Shown here piece after piece: positions 26,251 through 40,876 of a stretch of DNA of 64,000 nucleotides. Both the position numbers and the translations under genes were made by a program. The notes under the pieces were generated by a model. That model did not search any database. It was not told the DNA's origin and was given only the letters and a program-made list of their open reading frames with translations. Numbering within the stretch: position 1 is the first letter of the stretch; each line of letters begins with the position of its first letter. The stretch lies in the NCBI GenBank assembly GCA_964016885.1, contig OZ024743.1, forward strand, positions 275,900,001 to 275,964,000, written 5' to 3'. Source of the stretch: Eledone cirrhosa (lineage: Eukaryota).

Positions 26251-27539
26251 ACATACAGATCCCTGGCCTGCCCCAGATATCAGTGGCTCCAATTCAGTAC
26301 TGACTTAGTCTGTGTGGACCCATCCAACCCTTGCTAGCAGGGAAAGTGAACATTGAAACGATGATGACGATGATTACATATATATATATATATATATATA
26401 TAAATACACCCATCCAACCCATGCTAGCATGGAAAGTAGACATTAAATACACACACAACAGCAACTCTGAGAAAAGAGATGAAGAGCTTGAAAACAATCA
26501 GAGTAATAAAAATAAAAACAATATAAATTTCCTTTAAATATAAGCAAGTCTTAAATTTGAAAAAGTGAAGAATCAAAAAAGAAAAGTAAAATAAACAAGC
26601 TCTATGAAAAAAAAAAAGTTTTTTTTTTATTTTTTTATTATTATTATTTATAAATAGACAAACAAACAACCACTTCAATATAACTCCTGTCAATTAGGAC
26701 TATAGAAAAAGAAATCAGGGATATTTAGACTGTCACTGTAATTTGTAAATTAGTTAGCATATATATATATATATATATGTCATTTCATTCTATTTGACTA
26801 CTGTATGTTAACTGGGTAACAACAATCACACACACACACACCTACATAACTGCTTATTATGTTGTAATCATCATCCAGGCTTTTAAGCACAAGTGAGCAA
26901 AAGTAAAGTGGTTTAATATTGTATATAAAGGTATTGTGGCTAGTTGTATAAATATACCATAGCAAAAGCGGTGGAGGTTGAGCTGATGATAAAGACATGT
27001 AATGTGAATTAATAGAATTAATAACACCTGCTGCTAATGGTTGGTTGGTTGGTTGAGGGGAGGAGGTGCTGTTATTGAGCTGTGCTGACAATGGAAGATG
27101 TTTGTTGGCAGACGATAAATGAAGGGATAAAAGAAAATACAAGAAGATACAATGATGACATAGGATCTAGGAATCCTGAGCTTTACAGATGAGATGATAG
27201 TGATATATTGTACTGCAAAAATCATCATCACCGCCAGCATCATCATCATCATCATTACTATTATTACGCTTGTTTTTCCACGCTGGCATGAGTTGAACAA
27301 GATTTTTTTTTTTTCAAAAGCAGTGTCTTTCATTAAAAATATAGTAACAAAAGGTTGAGAATTAAAATTTTTAAGTAGTATGTATGGACTCATAACTTCT
27401 GATGGAGCCTTAGAAGTGCCATAGTGACATTTTAAACCTGACAGAGCCCATCCCATCTCTAGGTGTGAATACAGCTGATTTCTTCAAGAGAAGGAGAGAC
27501 AGACACAAACAAAAAGTGAGAAAGAGATATAGAGGATGA

Positions 27540-27703
27540 ATCGACCTTAGCACCAGTGCTGGATTGGTGATTATTTTATTAACCTTGAAAGAATACAAGG
27601 TAAAGTTGACCTCGGTGGGATTTGAACTCAGAACATGGATAGCCAGAATGAATACCACAAAGCATTATTTCTTATGTTCTATGATTCTGCCAATTCTCCA
27701 CCT
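27540..27703 (-). mobile_element. SINE S1 copy
   Basis: AAAGTTGACCTCGGTGGGATTTGAACTCAG core plus head CTGCCAATTCTCCACC; similar copies near 16335, 23200, 28865, 31480, 34420 and 60730. Confidence 0.75.
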
Positions 27704-29299
27704 AGTAGTAAAATAGTCCAAATTAGAGAGACAGAAAGAAAAAAATAGTAGAATCCACTAATTGTAGAACAATCTGGCAATCCTGCAAGCAACATCAATA
27801 CCAATACCAACATCAATTACGTAAGCTGAGAACTAACGAGATGATGTGTTATATAGTACATTTAATGTTACGATGATTAAGTTATTCCCGAAATGTTTTC
27901 AAGTTTACTGTAAAGTTTTTTGTACTCTAGGACAGACACAGTTTTCTGTAACCTCCCAAAATAATGACTGCTCCTATACTATTACATTTTAGAGGAACAT
28001 CAAAAGAAACAAATAATTTCAAAGCAGAATAATTAATCTGTTTTTGTTATTTCTAATATTCTTTATGGATTCAATATCCCTACCCGCTAAAGAAAGCAAA
28101 ACTCAAACAGCATGTAATAATGAAAAATAGATGAATGCTAGAAATAGCAAATGTTTAAGATATCTATACAAGAGTTTGCTTATTGCATAGTTTATTTACA
28201 CAAAGCAAAATATTATCTCCATTCATGCACCTATTAGTCTGTTAAAGGCATTCCTAAGTAGAATTTGTTTTATTTTACCTTGAATTTTTTAGATTCCACC
28301 TCGTTCAAACATGTATTAAAGCTTCTACACACTACACAGACTTCCCCTAATAAGTTCAAAGTTATTAGCCATATGGCAGCTTTTATGGTCAGTCAGTGCT
28401 AAACTAATATGAAGTCATTTCAAGAATGATGATCTGGTGGGTCTCATGATGAAAAATGATATCATTGAAAAACAAACAAACAAACAAACAAACAAAATAC
28501 AAGAACAAAAAACAAACTTTGATCATGTTTGACATTAAATGAGCCATTTACAGAAATGTAACTTCATGCATCTTCACATGTGTACTCAATAGTCCCATAT
28601 TTGGATATTTCCAGTGCCCACCAAACTGATTCTGTTGACAGATGAAGCTCTGAACAGAATACTTTTGAGAAATAAAATATAATTGTATATATATCCTTAC
28701 AACAGCATCTTTTTTTTCTTTTTGACAATCTCTAACTGTATCATATTGTAAATAATAATTTACAATTGATAGATATAAGCCCTCACTAATTATTGCTGTA
28801 TTTTTTGTGTACAAATTTTTTTACTTCAAGATTTGATGCCTAAACTTGCCTACATTGATTTGTAATCTAAGCATAAGGCCTGCAATTCATAAATTATATC
28901 AAACCCAGTATTTAAGGAGTACTTTATTTTATTGACCCCAGAAGGATGAAAGGCAAAGTTGACCGAGATGGAATTGAAACCTAGAGCACAGAGCAAGAAC
29001 AAATACTATAAAGCATTCTATATGATGCTCTAATGACTGCCAATCTGCCATCCTTGGCATGACTATGATGATGATGATTTCTACTTTAGACACAAGGTCC
29101 ATTATATTAACTTAATACTTAACTGGTACTTCATTTTAGGGATCTCAGATATTTCAAATTCACTATGGTGTAAGTTTAGCTGGTCTCCTATGGGTTTAAG
29201 GATAGGGGTCACAGTCCTATCATGAAAAGACCCATTCTAGATTAGATTTTTACATCAGAGAAATTAGTGACATTTACTTTCTTAAATTTTTACCCAGTT

Positions 29300-29480
29300 G
29301 TTTTTCAATCCATTGCTAGATTAAGTCTCAGTAACCACATAAACCATGGCCTCGGCTGTTTTTGAAATTCTTGCTGGATAAAGCCTCTTCAGTGACCACA
29401 GTAATCATGACCACAGCTGTCTTTCAATTCATTACTAGATTAAGCCTCAGTAACTGTATTAGTCATGGTCTCAGCAATCA
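29300..29480. repeat. Three degenerate ~60-bp tandem units
   Basis: CATTGCTAGATTAAGYCTCAGTAACCAC...CATGGCCTCRGCTGT repeated three times. Confidence 0.75.
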
Positions 29481-29512
29481 TGTTAGTTTTAGGCTTACCT
29501 ATCTACTGAGTG

Positions 29513-29820
29513 AAGGTGCATGGCTTAGTGGTTAGAGTGTCAGGCTTACAATCGTGAAGTTGTGAGTTTAATTCTTGGACTGGGCTTTGTGTTGTGTTCT
29601 TGAGAAAAATACTTTATTTCACATCGCTCAAGTTCATTCAACTGTCTAGAGTCAAGTTGTATTGGCCATTGCCTTTCCCTTGGACAACACTGGTGGCCTG
29701 GAGAAAGGAGACTGGTAGGCATGGGCAACTGCTGGTCTTCCACCAACAACCTTGCCTGGACTTGTGCCTAGGTTCAAATCCCATGGTCATTCGTGACTGA
29801 TGGGGGTCTTTACCTTTTAC
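29513..29820 (+). mobile_element. tRNA-derived SINE, family S2, apparently full-length
   Basis: A box TGGCTTAGTGG, B-box-like GAGTTTAATTC, core GTGTTCTTGAG...CTTTATTTCAC, tail TTTACCTTTTAC. Confidence 0.8.
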
Positions 29821-30447
29821 TCTATCTACACTGACCATGGCAAGTGAAGATAGGGACAGGCCACAGAACCTCAACTTAGAATGCTGCAAAGAGCTAGGAC
29901 AGAACTGATAATCACAAAACATCATTCAACATGCTAATAATTCCACCAATATATTATACATTTGATTTAAAACCTGTCTACACCAGCCAAGTATGGGCTG
30001 GATAAAGCAGAGAGTTTGAACTCAGAAAGCTAAGAGCCAGAAAACATAGATACCTCACAAAGCATCTTATCAAATGCTTTAATAATTCCACCAATCCACC
30101 ACCTTGGACTACCTAAATACTGTAACTGAATTAAAGAAAAGCAGATGATGAAGGCAAGGGATACAAACACAAAAATAGACACACACAGAATGACACAATT
30201 TAAGAGCTAACAGCTTGATAAGAAAAAGGGAAATAAACGGGGGTGGGGAATAGCATTGTTGAAATATCATTTGTATATAAATGTAATTAAGAATATTGAA
30301 TCCTAGGTTTGTCTGCGAGAAAACAACAACAATAACGGCGATAATAAAAATGATGATGAAGTTATACAGGAAATGAAATAAATAGCTGAAGAGAACAAGA
30401 AATAGTATTGGAAAAGCTATTCAGTTCTTTTAAGACACGATAAACAT

Positions 30448-30522
<75 letters not shown>
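30448..30522. repeat. (GA)n microsatellite
   Basis: Direct inspection. Confidence 0.95.
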
Positions 30523-30524
<2 letters not shown>

Positions 30525-30644
30525 TTTTCAATTTACTATGTTTTGCTTCCCTTTCTTTTAACAAAAATCTACGCAAGGGGAACATAGAAAAACATTTTAG
30601 TCCAAGCAAGTGGTTCAGATATTGAGAGTAGTGGAGATGAAAGT

Positions 30645-30855
30645 AGCAGTAGTGGTGGTGGCAGTAGTTACGGTAGTGGTAGTAGTAGTGATGGTGGTGG
30701 TTATAGTGGTGGTGGTAGTAGTAATAGTAGTGGAGCAGCAGCAGCAGCACCAGTAGTAGTAGTGGTTATAGTGGTGGTGGTAGTAGTAGTAGTTGTGGTG
30801 GTCGTAGTAGTAGTGATGTTGATGGTAGTGGTGGTGATGGTAGTAGTAGTAGTAA
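30645..30855. repeat. (GTA/GTG)n trinucleotide tract
   Basis: Direct inspection; source of the poly-V and poly-Y/H ORFs. Confidence 0.92.
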
Positions 30856-31040
30856 CAACAACAATGTCTTTTGAAAAGAAAAGAAAAATAATAGAAATTA
30901 TGAAAAAGCTAAAACCTGCTCAATCTTCTGACAATGTTGTGTAAGAACCATATGTTAAGTTACTATCTTAGTAATGAATTAATTAATAATTTTAGTAAAT
31001 CCCTTAAAATTCCTCATTAATTAATTCCAATAGAGTGTAT

Positions 31041-31300
31041 GACAAAGCAACCATAGTTTGGGATATGCCAATATACAGAGACAGGTAGATCAAAGCTAAT
31101 CAGATTGATATTGTTGTTACCAAGGATGACCAGGAAAGGAAGTACATCCTAATAGAAGTATCAGTCCTAACAAATGATAATGTATCTCTCATGGAAATAG
31201 AGAAATTATGCAAATATAAAGATCTGTAAATAGAGATAACTAGAATGCAGATTTTTTGGAAACAAGAATTCCTATAATAACAATAATTGCTCTGGGGGGA
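31041..31300 (+). pseudogene. Decayed restriction-like endonuclease region of an R4/Dong-type non-LTR retrotransposon
   Basis: Translation KATIVWDMPIYRDR*IKANQIDIVVTKDDQERKYILIEVSVLTNDNVSLMEIEKLCKYKDL*IEITRM fits the WD...(RP)DI...(D/E)V...EKxxKY pattern, with in-frame stops. Confidence 0.8.
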
Positions 31301-32303
31301 ATGAGTACAAAAACGAAGACCAATACAGCATGAAAACCCTAAGCCTTAAAATTATGCAAATAAACCCGACAGGGCAGATAATAGTACTCATTACTAGGCA
31401 GGAAAAAACATTAAAAAATAATAATTAAAAAACACTGCATATGATGGTGGTAATGACGACAACAATGTTGATGATGGTTTCTAATCTGGGCTCAAGGCCA
31501 GTAAACTTGAGGGGAGGAAAAGGAAAGTGGATTATATCAATGTCAGAAGAATGAAAGCAGAGTTGACTTCAGCAGGACTTGTAGAGAGCCAGAATGTGTT
31601 CTGTATTGAGCCAGAACAAATACTTCTAAACATTTTATCCAGTGCTCTAACAATTAACAAGAGCAGCAATAACAACAGCACAAACAAAAGATGAAATAAA
31701 AACAAAAACAAAAAAAAACTGATTTATACAGCTAAATAACACCTATTGGGAAAATGTTGAGCATAAATCTTTGCCTGAGCGATAATGAAATTAGTTTAAT
31801 TAAGAAACTTAACATAGAAAGAAATGGTATTTAGTCTGTGTGAATGAAGATAATTTACTTCACAATCTCCCACAAAAAATGTAGCAGAATAAATAATTAA
31901 ACTAATAAAGCATAAAACAATGTGAAAAAATGCAAATATAAATAAGGTCAACAGTCACCAGGGAAGAAAACAAATAAGGTTTTAGGCTAAAAATGTTGTT
32001 GATAGACAGTATCTTCTACTTCTACTCTTTCTTCTTCAGCCCTCTTTATATGCAATAAGTTAAATATATGCAGGAGAAGAATAAAAATTAAATTTAAGAA
32101 GACAGGGAAGCAAATTTATGAAATTCAGTGAAAAACAATGTAACAACATATGTAACACTCAATTTAGTTGTCTGAAAACCACATTTTGGATTTTAAGTGA
32201 TTTATTTATAGTTGCTTATAAAGAGATAATTTAATAAAGTATGTAAAAATAAATACAAGCAAGTAATTGTCATTTGAGCTTATGTTGTCTTTACCAAAGT
32301 AAA

Positions 32304-33219
32304 TCTATATATATAAAACTGTGGTTGTCTGTCTGTCTATCGATTTTTGGCACACATCTCCTCTTAGAATCTCTGACGGAATTGCACCGAAATTGCTATA
32401 CTTGTACATTGAGCCCTAGCGAAGACATCGGAAAAAAAATATTTCAAATTGACCCACCCTATGTGACGAAATCGAATATAATGTATCGATTTTTGAGCGT
32501 AAGTTATCAGTTATTTCCCTTTGTTCTGTTTACATTGAGCGTCTTACGTAAAAAATTACGCTGGCTTTCTCAGCGTTTAAAATGACATTAACACAATACA
32601 CGAACAGTTGTCGAGCCAGCAAAATATTGACCTGCAAAATTCATCAGTTCGAACACTAAGCTTCCGTTTTGCTTCATTTCCATTTAAAAGCATTTTAAAA
32701 CAATATTTTTACTTGAAAACAAGTCTATTTAAAGACTACGTAAAACAAGCAAATATTTCGTCGTTAGGCATGCAGACAGACAGTCGTGCAGAGAGGTGAT
32801 ATAGGCGTGCAGACAGACAGTCGTGCAGAGAGGTGATATAGGCATGCAGAGAGGTGATATAAGCGTGCAGACAGACAGTCGTGCAGAGAGGTGATATAGG
32901 CGTGCAGACAGACATAACTGATAATTTGGTTACGCTAATGTTTTTCTCTGCGTTGCAGTGTTCACATTTTCGATCTTTGTTAATAAATAACCAGTGCAGT
33001 TTCTATCCCCAGCATCCTCTTTTGTTATAACATTCGGGTTATCGTTATGTTTTCTTAACTTCATAAGGCATATTGTTGGTTGAGGGAATATTAATCAAAA
33101 ACACCACATGCAAGTCTGCACAGTAGACACTACAGTTTTTAAGCCAAGAAAGAAACTTAACATTGTAACTTTAACACAGCTACTGAGCGACCCCGAGCAA
33201 CGCCCGGCTTTACTGCTAG
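32304..33219 (+). mobile_element. Non-autonomous Helitron
   Basis: A|TCTATATATATAAAA 5' end followed by (CTGT)n; 3' hairpin CCGAGC-AAC-GCCCGG then CTAG|T; CpG-rich relative to flanks. Confidence 0.88.
32765..32913. repeat. 37-bp tandem repeat inside the Helitron
   Basis: TAGGCRTGCAGACAGACAGTCGTGCAGAGAGGTGATA, about 4.5 units, one internally deleted. Confidence 0.9.
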
Positions 33220-33460
33220 TAAATTATATATTTGTATATAAGTTGCAGTGCTAAAATAAATCACACTGTGTTTAAGATATTTTCACTTCAATATTTCAAG
33301 CACAACTTAGGTTTGGTGGAAAAGTTGCATGTAGTTTTTTGTACTTAATTTCATTAGTAAAAAAAAACTGAAACTTACCTAAGAGTATATATAGAAGGTC
33401 AGAATTCATAAGAGAATAACACAATTTCAGAAAAACTGCATTTATTTTCATAAGTAACCT

Positions 33461-33665
33461 AAATTTCATATCGTATTGATAAGATCCAATTTAGAATTGA
33501 AACACGTATTGTGATTAAAATGTTAGAAATTTCACATCATACTGATGAAATCCAATTTAAGGTTGAAATACATCTATGTGGTTAAAATTTTACAAATTTC
33601 ACATCACTCTGAGAGACCCAGTTTAAGATAGAAAGACATACATATCTGTGATTAAATTGTTACAA
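33461..33665. repeat. Three degenerate ~67-bp tandem units
   Basis: AAATTTCACATC...TCCAATTTAAG.TTGAAA...TGTGRTTAAA repeated three times. Confidence 0.8.
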
Positions 33666-35907
33666 TTTTTTTTATTAGTTTCATTGCTACAAAAATGAAT
33701 ACAAAATAGAATAAATGCTATTCTTCTGTCAAATATTGCTAAGATTAAGGAAGTATAAATTAATTTCTCTTCTCCTTCACAAATATAATTGATGGGCCAA
33801 TGAAAATAAGAACAAGTTGTAGACCATTTGAGGTATTACTGATATTTAACACTGATACAAGGACACTAACTTCATATGAGAGATGTAAGTTACTTCATTG
33901 ACCCTAGTACTGACCAGTATTTATTTTATCTACACAATAAAACACCCAGTTCACTCTGTGAAGTGATAGTGTTGGTGTCACAAAACAACAACAACCAGTA
34001 TACCCTGTAAGGTGGTTGTGTTAGGAAGAGTATTCAGCCTGCCATAGAAACCATGCCAAATATTGAACAATGAACAAACTGAGGTTGCAACAACCTCTTT
34101 GGTCTTGGACCATGATAACATGTCCAATCCTTTTGATATCAAAGTGTTTGAAACTAACCTTTGTTCCATGATACAAAGCTCTTTGTTTTAAAGTGTTTAT
34201 ATTTATCTAAAACCTACCATCATGAAATTATATAAGAACATTTATTAAGCTGTTTCAAACACCAGCTTAATAAGAAAAAAGTTGGTTATATTACTAGAAC
34301 ATTCCAAATTCCTGATAATTTCAAATTATTTGAAAATTATAGGCAGTGTTTTTCATATGGTAACAAAAGAGTTATTTTAAAGGCCTCAAATTTAAGTGAT
34401 GGGTACAGTCAAACTGATCAATCTCAATACTCATACTTATTTTATTAACACAAGACTAAAGGGTAAAATGTGGGTGGGATTTGAACCTTGTTAGCAAAGT
34501 AACACAAATAGCATAAGGCAATATTTATCTGTCAATCCTAATTTTAAAAACCAACCAACACATCCCCACACAAAATACAAATTTTTTATTAGTTGAAATA
34601 TTAAGACACAAAAATTGCATTTGAATGGGCCATTGTCACACTACATGAAAATATTAGTGAAGCAGTGATGGATGCCATAAAAACTTTAGTTACAAGTTAG
34701 AATAATTTGGGATGGTGTATGATCACAACTAAGATAAAAGTAATTTGTTTGTGCAAGGACTAGATTTTTAAGTTATTGTGGGCTAACAAACTGTAAAATA
34801 ATTGACATAATGAAATAAGAACACCTATCCTTTCCACATAGATATCTCTTAATTATTATTACATTACATACAGCAGAATGTCATGGTCTGTCAAAAGCAA
34901 GCAAAGCCATACATAACCACTCCAACCCCCAACCTGTCTTCATTAATCCTCTGTAAATACAACAATCCATGTTATTTTGACAGCTGACATTGCCTGCCCC
35001 CCCCCCCCCCCCCCCCCGTATAAAATAACTAAGTAAAAAAGAAAAGAGAAAAATTATATATAAATAGGTTCATTAAGCAGTATTAGACTAACTTATGAAA
35101 ACAATTGTATTCACTTTTCTGATTGTAATCTACATAGTCTATTATGTAGCTTCAGTAACATGAGTGACTGCACAAGAATACCATTAAAAAGAGCTACTTG
35201 TTCATTCATTGTCTATCTATCTATATATATATATATATTATATATATATATATATATAATATACACACACCTACATATATATAAACATATAAACACACAC
35301 ACATACATATACAAACACATAAACACACACACACATATATATATATATAACCCATGCTAGCGTGGAAGAACGGACGTAAAACGGTGATGATGATATATAT
35401 CATCATCATCATGCTTAGTTGTAATATCTCTTGATCTCTGTTTAGCATATTTTATCAGAAACATTCTTGCCAATATCATCCATCCCACAATGACTTAGCA
35501 TATGAAGTGTCCATACATTTATCTATCCACTTTGTCAGTAAGTTTCATTAAAACTTATCTTTAAAAAAAATTGTTCAATGACATTTTGACAGGAAGAGGA
35601 TCAAATGAACCAGTATGTGGGAAGGAATGCATGTAAACATTACTGCCCTAAGCGTAGTTGGTGATGGGCTCATGCCAGATACAAAATATAGGCTCTCAGA
35701 ATTGGTAAGGCCCAAATCAGATGTGAAATGCTGATCCACATGGCTGGCAATAAGGCCCAAGCCAAATGCAAAATGTAGGCCCTCTAAACTGGTAATAGGC
35801 CGAGATTAGGTGTGAAATGTTCACCCACAAAGCTGGTAATAGACACAGGCCAAACATCTGAAATATTTCATTAAATATCTTAGTAAATCAGTGCTAAATA
35901 CATGATT

Positions 35908-35972
<65 letters not shown>

Positions 35973-36667
35973 TGTACAAAATGAACTTACAAATAACAGA
36001 ATAGAATAAAACAACTAATAGTTGAGAGGTGTAAAGCCCCCCCCCCCCCCCCCCCACCTCAAAATCAATAGACTCAAGCTAACTAGACCCATGTGGCTCC
36101 TCCTCAAGTCTGGCTTGCATACCTTATCTATTCACATTACCTCTAGAATCATATTTACTTGTTTACTTTATATTACATTACAGTATCATTAGTTACAGTT
36201 ATTTAATGGAACAGTTACTGTTTCCTTGCTAAAAGAAATGTCACTTTTTTTTTTTTTTGCTAATAAACTTCAAGTTTCATAATCATAACCACCATTTAAC
36301 GACTGTTTTCCATGCTTGCATGGTTTAGAAAGGTTGTCACATTATGAGCTAAGTCTTGCTCATATGCTCTGTTTTGGGCTTAGTTGCCTAAGGCTGGAGG
36401 CCCTTCCTAATGCCAAACACCTTACAGTGTGATCTGGGTGTTTCCATCTGCCAAATTCCACTCATAAGGCATTAGATAACCTGGAGCTATAGGCTATGGA
36501 AGAAAACACTTACTCAAAGTGACATGTGGGATCAAATCAAAAACCATGTGATTGTGAAACGAGCTTCTGAACCACACAGCCATAACTTGTACTCATATTT
36601 CATTTATAACTTTGATACTCAATAACATTTGTAACTTAGTCATTAATTTCCTTCTGAATTTCAGCTT

Positions 36668-37683
36668 ATCATCATCATCATCGTTTAATGTCTATCTTCC
36701 ACGCTAGCATGGGTTTAGACGGGAATTGTCCCACTTGAGGCAAGATTGGTCGTCTCGCTCGTATGGGACTGTCTGGCAGGTTTTCTATGACTGGATGCCC
36801 TTCCTAACACCAACTACGTTTACAGTGTGGACAGGAAGGTTTTTACCGTGTTACCTACACGGCCACATTACAGCGTGGACTGTGTTTTTTTGTCGTGACA
36901 CCTACACAACCTCATTTATTTAGGACTGGATGTTGTGGTACCAACATAACTTTACAGAGAAAGGGGTGGAGGAGTTGGGGGTGTTGGGGTAGTAGGAGGG
37001 GTGTGTATATTTGATTAAGAGGTGCCTACTGACTGTAGATTTCGCTTTGTACTTAGGTAAGGCGGGTTTTCTGTATTACTGCGTACCGCCAAAGATCTCG
37101 GTCCAGTGACAGTGTCTTAGAGAGGTGTAAGTGTGAAAGGTCGGAATTTATCAAATCGTCCTGGGTTTTTCTGGGTCTGCCTACTCCATAACTTCCGTCA
37201 ATTTTGATCGCCCTGCACTTTTTTATACAGCTGTCGTCTTTCATGCGCATCACGTGACCATACCAACATAGTCTTCTCTCGAGTAAACAGCATCTGATCC
37301 CTCTTACACCTAATTTCTCACTTAGTTCATTTATGCTTTGCTGTTCATATCCAGCGGAACATGCGTGCTTCGTTCCTCTCCTGTCTGCACAGATCCTCTG
37401 CACACAATGCCCATGTCTCACTGCCATGTAACATTGATGTTCGTATGCAGGCATCATAGTCTGCCTTTCATTTTTAGAGAGAAACCTTTAGCGGCCAATA
37501 GTGGTATAAGCTCTCTGAACTTTTTCCATCCCGTTCTGACCCTAGCTACTGTACTTTCAGAGCACCCCCCACCACTGCTGATTTTGTCACCCAGGTAACG
37601 GAAGGTATCCACTATTTCTATAGAGCAATCTGGGCAATAGAAGGAGCTAGTATCCTGTGGGCACTTGCTACTTATTGCTGCCA
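36668..37683 (-). mobile_element. 5'-truncated LINE family A copy (C-terminal ORF remnant plus 3'UTR)
   Basis: IEIVDTFRYLGDKISSGGG...RYAVIQKTRLT with frameshifts; same 3'UTR and (GAT)n tail as 4689-5069. Confidence 0.93.
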
Positions 37684-38283
37684 TAAAACCATATCCTTCA
37701 CCTTAGTTATTTACATAATTCTCGTTGGTAAAAGTAACATTGTAAATTTATTAGTAATATATTGTAAATGTGTGTGCTTTAAATAATCAATTTCAGACAA
37801 AAATAAAAAAAAAATGAAGATAAAAAAAAAAGGTTAATGTGGTACGTAAAATGTCTAGAAATCAATATTAATCTTTTTTTCTTCTTCCCCTTTTCCTTGA
37901 AATTACCTTTGTGTGGATATAAGGTTCACACGACAGGAACTCTCATACATCACTAACTAAACAAAGAGAACTATCATTATATAGTTTAATTCTGAAACCA
38001 GCTCCTTTGTTTGAGATATATATTTTATTTAACATTAGAAAGTGATACAAACTGCAGAGTAATTATTAAATGTAGGTTTTAAAATAAAGAGCTGTTTCAT
38101 GTATGGGGCAGTGTCAAGTACAGGCTTGCGGATAGGCAGCTAGTCTCCACTGACAAAGAGAACAAAGACAAAACTTATTACCAATTGGAAAGTGTCCTGT
38201 TGAGTCCAATCCCATTCCTTGACCAGTCACTATTTGGCATTACACAGACAATTAAATTTAAGTATGTATATATATATATATTT

Positions 38284-39311
38284 CATTCATTCATTCATCA
38301 TCATTTTATGTCCGCTCTTCCCTGCTTGCAAGGGTGGGACGGGACTTATTCAGCACAGCATCTCTCCACTCGTCACAGTCCTTTGTCATCTCCACCATGA
38401 GCTTCAGCGATCTGAGGTCTGTTCTCACCACCTCCGCCCATGTTTTTTGTGGTCTACCTCTACTACGTCTTCCTTCAACTGGCATTTCCTGGCACTTCTT
38501 CACCCATCGGTCATCCTCCATGCGTATCACATGTCCATACCACCTCAGTCTCCTCTCTCGCACACTACATTCTATCCCTCTCAGACACAGTTTCTCTCTC
38601 AACACATTCATGCTGGGTCGTTCACGCACATTGACACTGCACATCCAACGGAGCATGCTTGCCTCATTTCTCTCCAGCTGTCGCATATCCTCTGCAGTTG
38701 CTTGCCCATGTCTCACTACCATGCAGCATCGCGCACCTCACACACGCATCATATAACCGGCCTTTTGTACGCAGGGAGAAACCCTTCTTCGTCAGCAAAG
38801 GAAGCAACTCCCTAAACTTCTTCCAACCCCTCCTTATTCTAGATATTATGGACTCAGAACACCCCCCCTCCCATGCTAATCTGATCTCCTAGGTACTGCA
38901 AGCTATCCACCATTTCTATAGCACCTGCCTGCATTTGAAAAATGTGTCTATCAATGCGACTTCTACTGTCTAATTTCCCTGTACATCTACTGCATACGTA
39001 TTTCTCCCTACCTGTTAGTTTGCCTGCTATCCCGCTACATCTCTTGTGTACCAAGGATCTGCATTGTGTGCATTTTATAGAATTTATGCCAGTTCTTTTT
39101 CTGCATATCGAACATGGCCATTTCCCTGACGAAATCAGAGTTTTGTCCTCTTTTCTACTCATCAACACTTTTGCCTTAGCTAGGTTCACTCTCAGTCCTC
39201 TTGCTTCCAACTGCTGTTTCCATAGCCAGAATTTATTCTTTAGCTCCTCTACTGATTCTGCTATAAGAACCAGATCGTCAGCATAGAGAAGTTCCCATGG
39301 ACAGCCAGTCT
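38284..39311 (-). mobile_element. 5'-truncated LINE family B copy, frameshifted
   Basis: CPWELLYADDL, PHD finger, YLG, RLRWYGHV; frame ends PTLASREERT* directly at the tail. Confidence 0.93.
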
Positions 39312-40382
39312 TAAACTATATATATATATATATATGGTTAGAGTTAATGATGTTAGTACTCAAAATAGTGGTGATGAAGGAGGAGAAGAAGGTGTTGATG
39401 ATAATGATGGTGATGATGATGGTGATGGCAAAGTAAAAACTACCTGACTTCTGTTGAAGTGATTGCTAAGTATACTGTCAACAAGCCTGCTGTCACAAAT
39501 TCACACCCACACCTCATATGACATACAAACAAGGCTGTGATGATAGAAGAGGATTACAGCATATTTGACAAGTTCAGTGCATCTAGTGGAAATTCTTATG
39601 AAGTCATATTTACTGTTGTTTTATACAATGTTTGGTTCAGCTATATATAAAGAGGATACAAGAAAATGAATAGATATGTGAACAACTGGTACAGTATAAG
39701 TTTAATTCATGACTTATTGTTGGCACATTGGTGTAATTATTACTATAGTAAGTTGGATTTATTGCGAATGTATATTGTCATGGGAATTATGTGTATTCCA
39801 TCAGTTACAAAGACAGACTAATGTTCCAGTTGTTTGAACAACAAAACAGCCTGATCATGAAGTTAATGAGTAAGTGGTTAAGTAGCTGATCATCTATGTA
39901 ATTATATCCTAGAAATAAATTATTATCTTTAATCACTTCCACGTATCAGTAATCAACAAAAACTATAAGCTTTCTCTTATGCAAATCATAAATTTATCAG
40001 TTTGTATGATTATCTGTATATCTAGTAAAATTGGTATATATATATATAGTATACCAATCCTGAACACCAAAAATTAGGTACATTCAATGCTATGGTCCCC
40101 ATTATTGATGACACTGATCCACTAGTTGAAATAATAAAAGAATAAAAGAATATGTGGGCTACTAGATTTGTATTTATATCAAATAAGAGCAGTTAAGATG
40201 GGATTATTTCACCATAATTGCTATACACACACACACACACACACGTATATATATATATATATAGATAGAGAGAGAGATATTCTATGGTGCTGGGACTGTA
40301 AAGACCACAAAGCATCGGAGTACTCATTGCATGGGGAGATGCAGAGTGGGTATCAAAATAGGTAAAATCTCTGCCTGCCTGC

Positions 40383-40435
<53 letters not shown>

Positions 40436-40876
40436 TTAATATCTGTACCGCTGCTTTGTGAAACTATAAACATGCAATCAGAGTTCATGTATGTAGTCAT
40501 ACGATAACTATCAAGACATATTTACTCCTATAGAATTGTTTTGCTACTAAATCAAGCGAAATAAGTAACAATGACATTTTGGCTATCACTTATGAAGGTG
40601 CAGGATTACTGTTATGTTATTAGGACTCACATTTGCATGGGAATTTTCCCCAGTCTCCTATGTAAGAGTATCTCTTTGGTGTTTTAATGATAGGGGTCAC
40701 CAGTTCCAACATCTTATCATCTTTCTGGTGGCAGGAAGTGGATTTGAACTCATAGTGCTAGAAATATATCTCACAAGTCTGCCAACCCACCACCCTGGAA
40801 TGGTATTTTATTTATTTTACCCTCTCCTTTCCCAATGCTAGATTACTGACCACACCATGTTAGACATTTTATTTAT

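Noticed and set aside
28548-28660. Possible minus-strand exon (SFICQQNQFGGHWKYPNMG...)
   Set aside because: Weak donor, unrecognised peptide, within chance expectation.
29513-29590. tRNA-like sequence
   Set aside because: A and B boxes run into a SINE body; no acceptor stem or cloverleaf.
33307-33462. Possible mariner-type MITE (TTAGGTTTGGTGGAAAAGT...AACCTAA)
   Set aside because: Inverted ends too degenerate to call with confidence.
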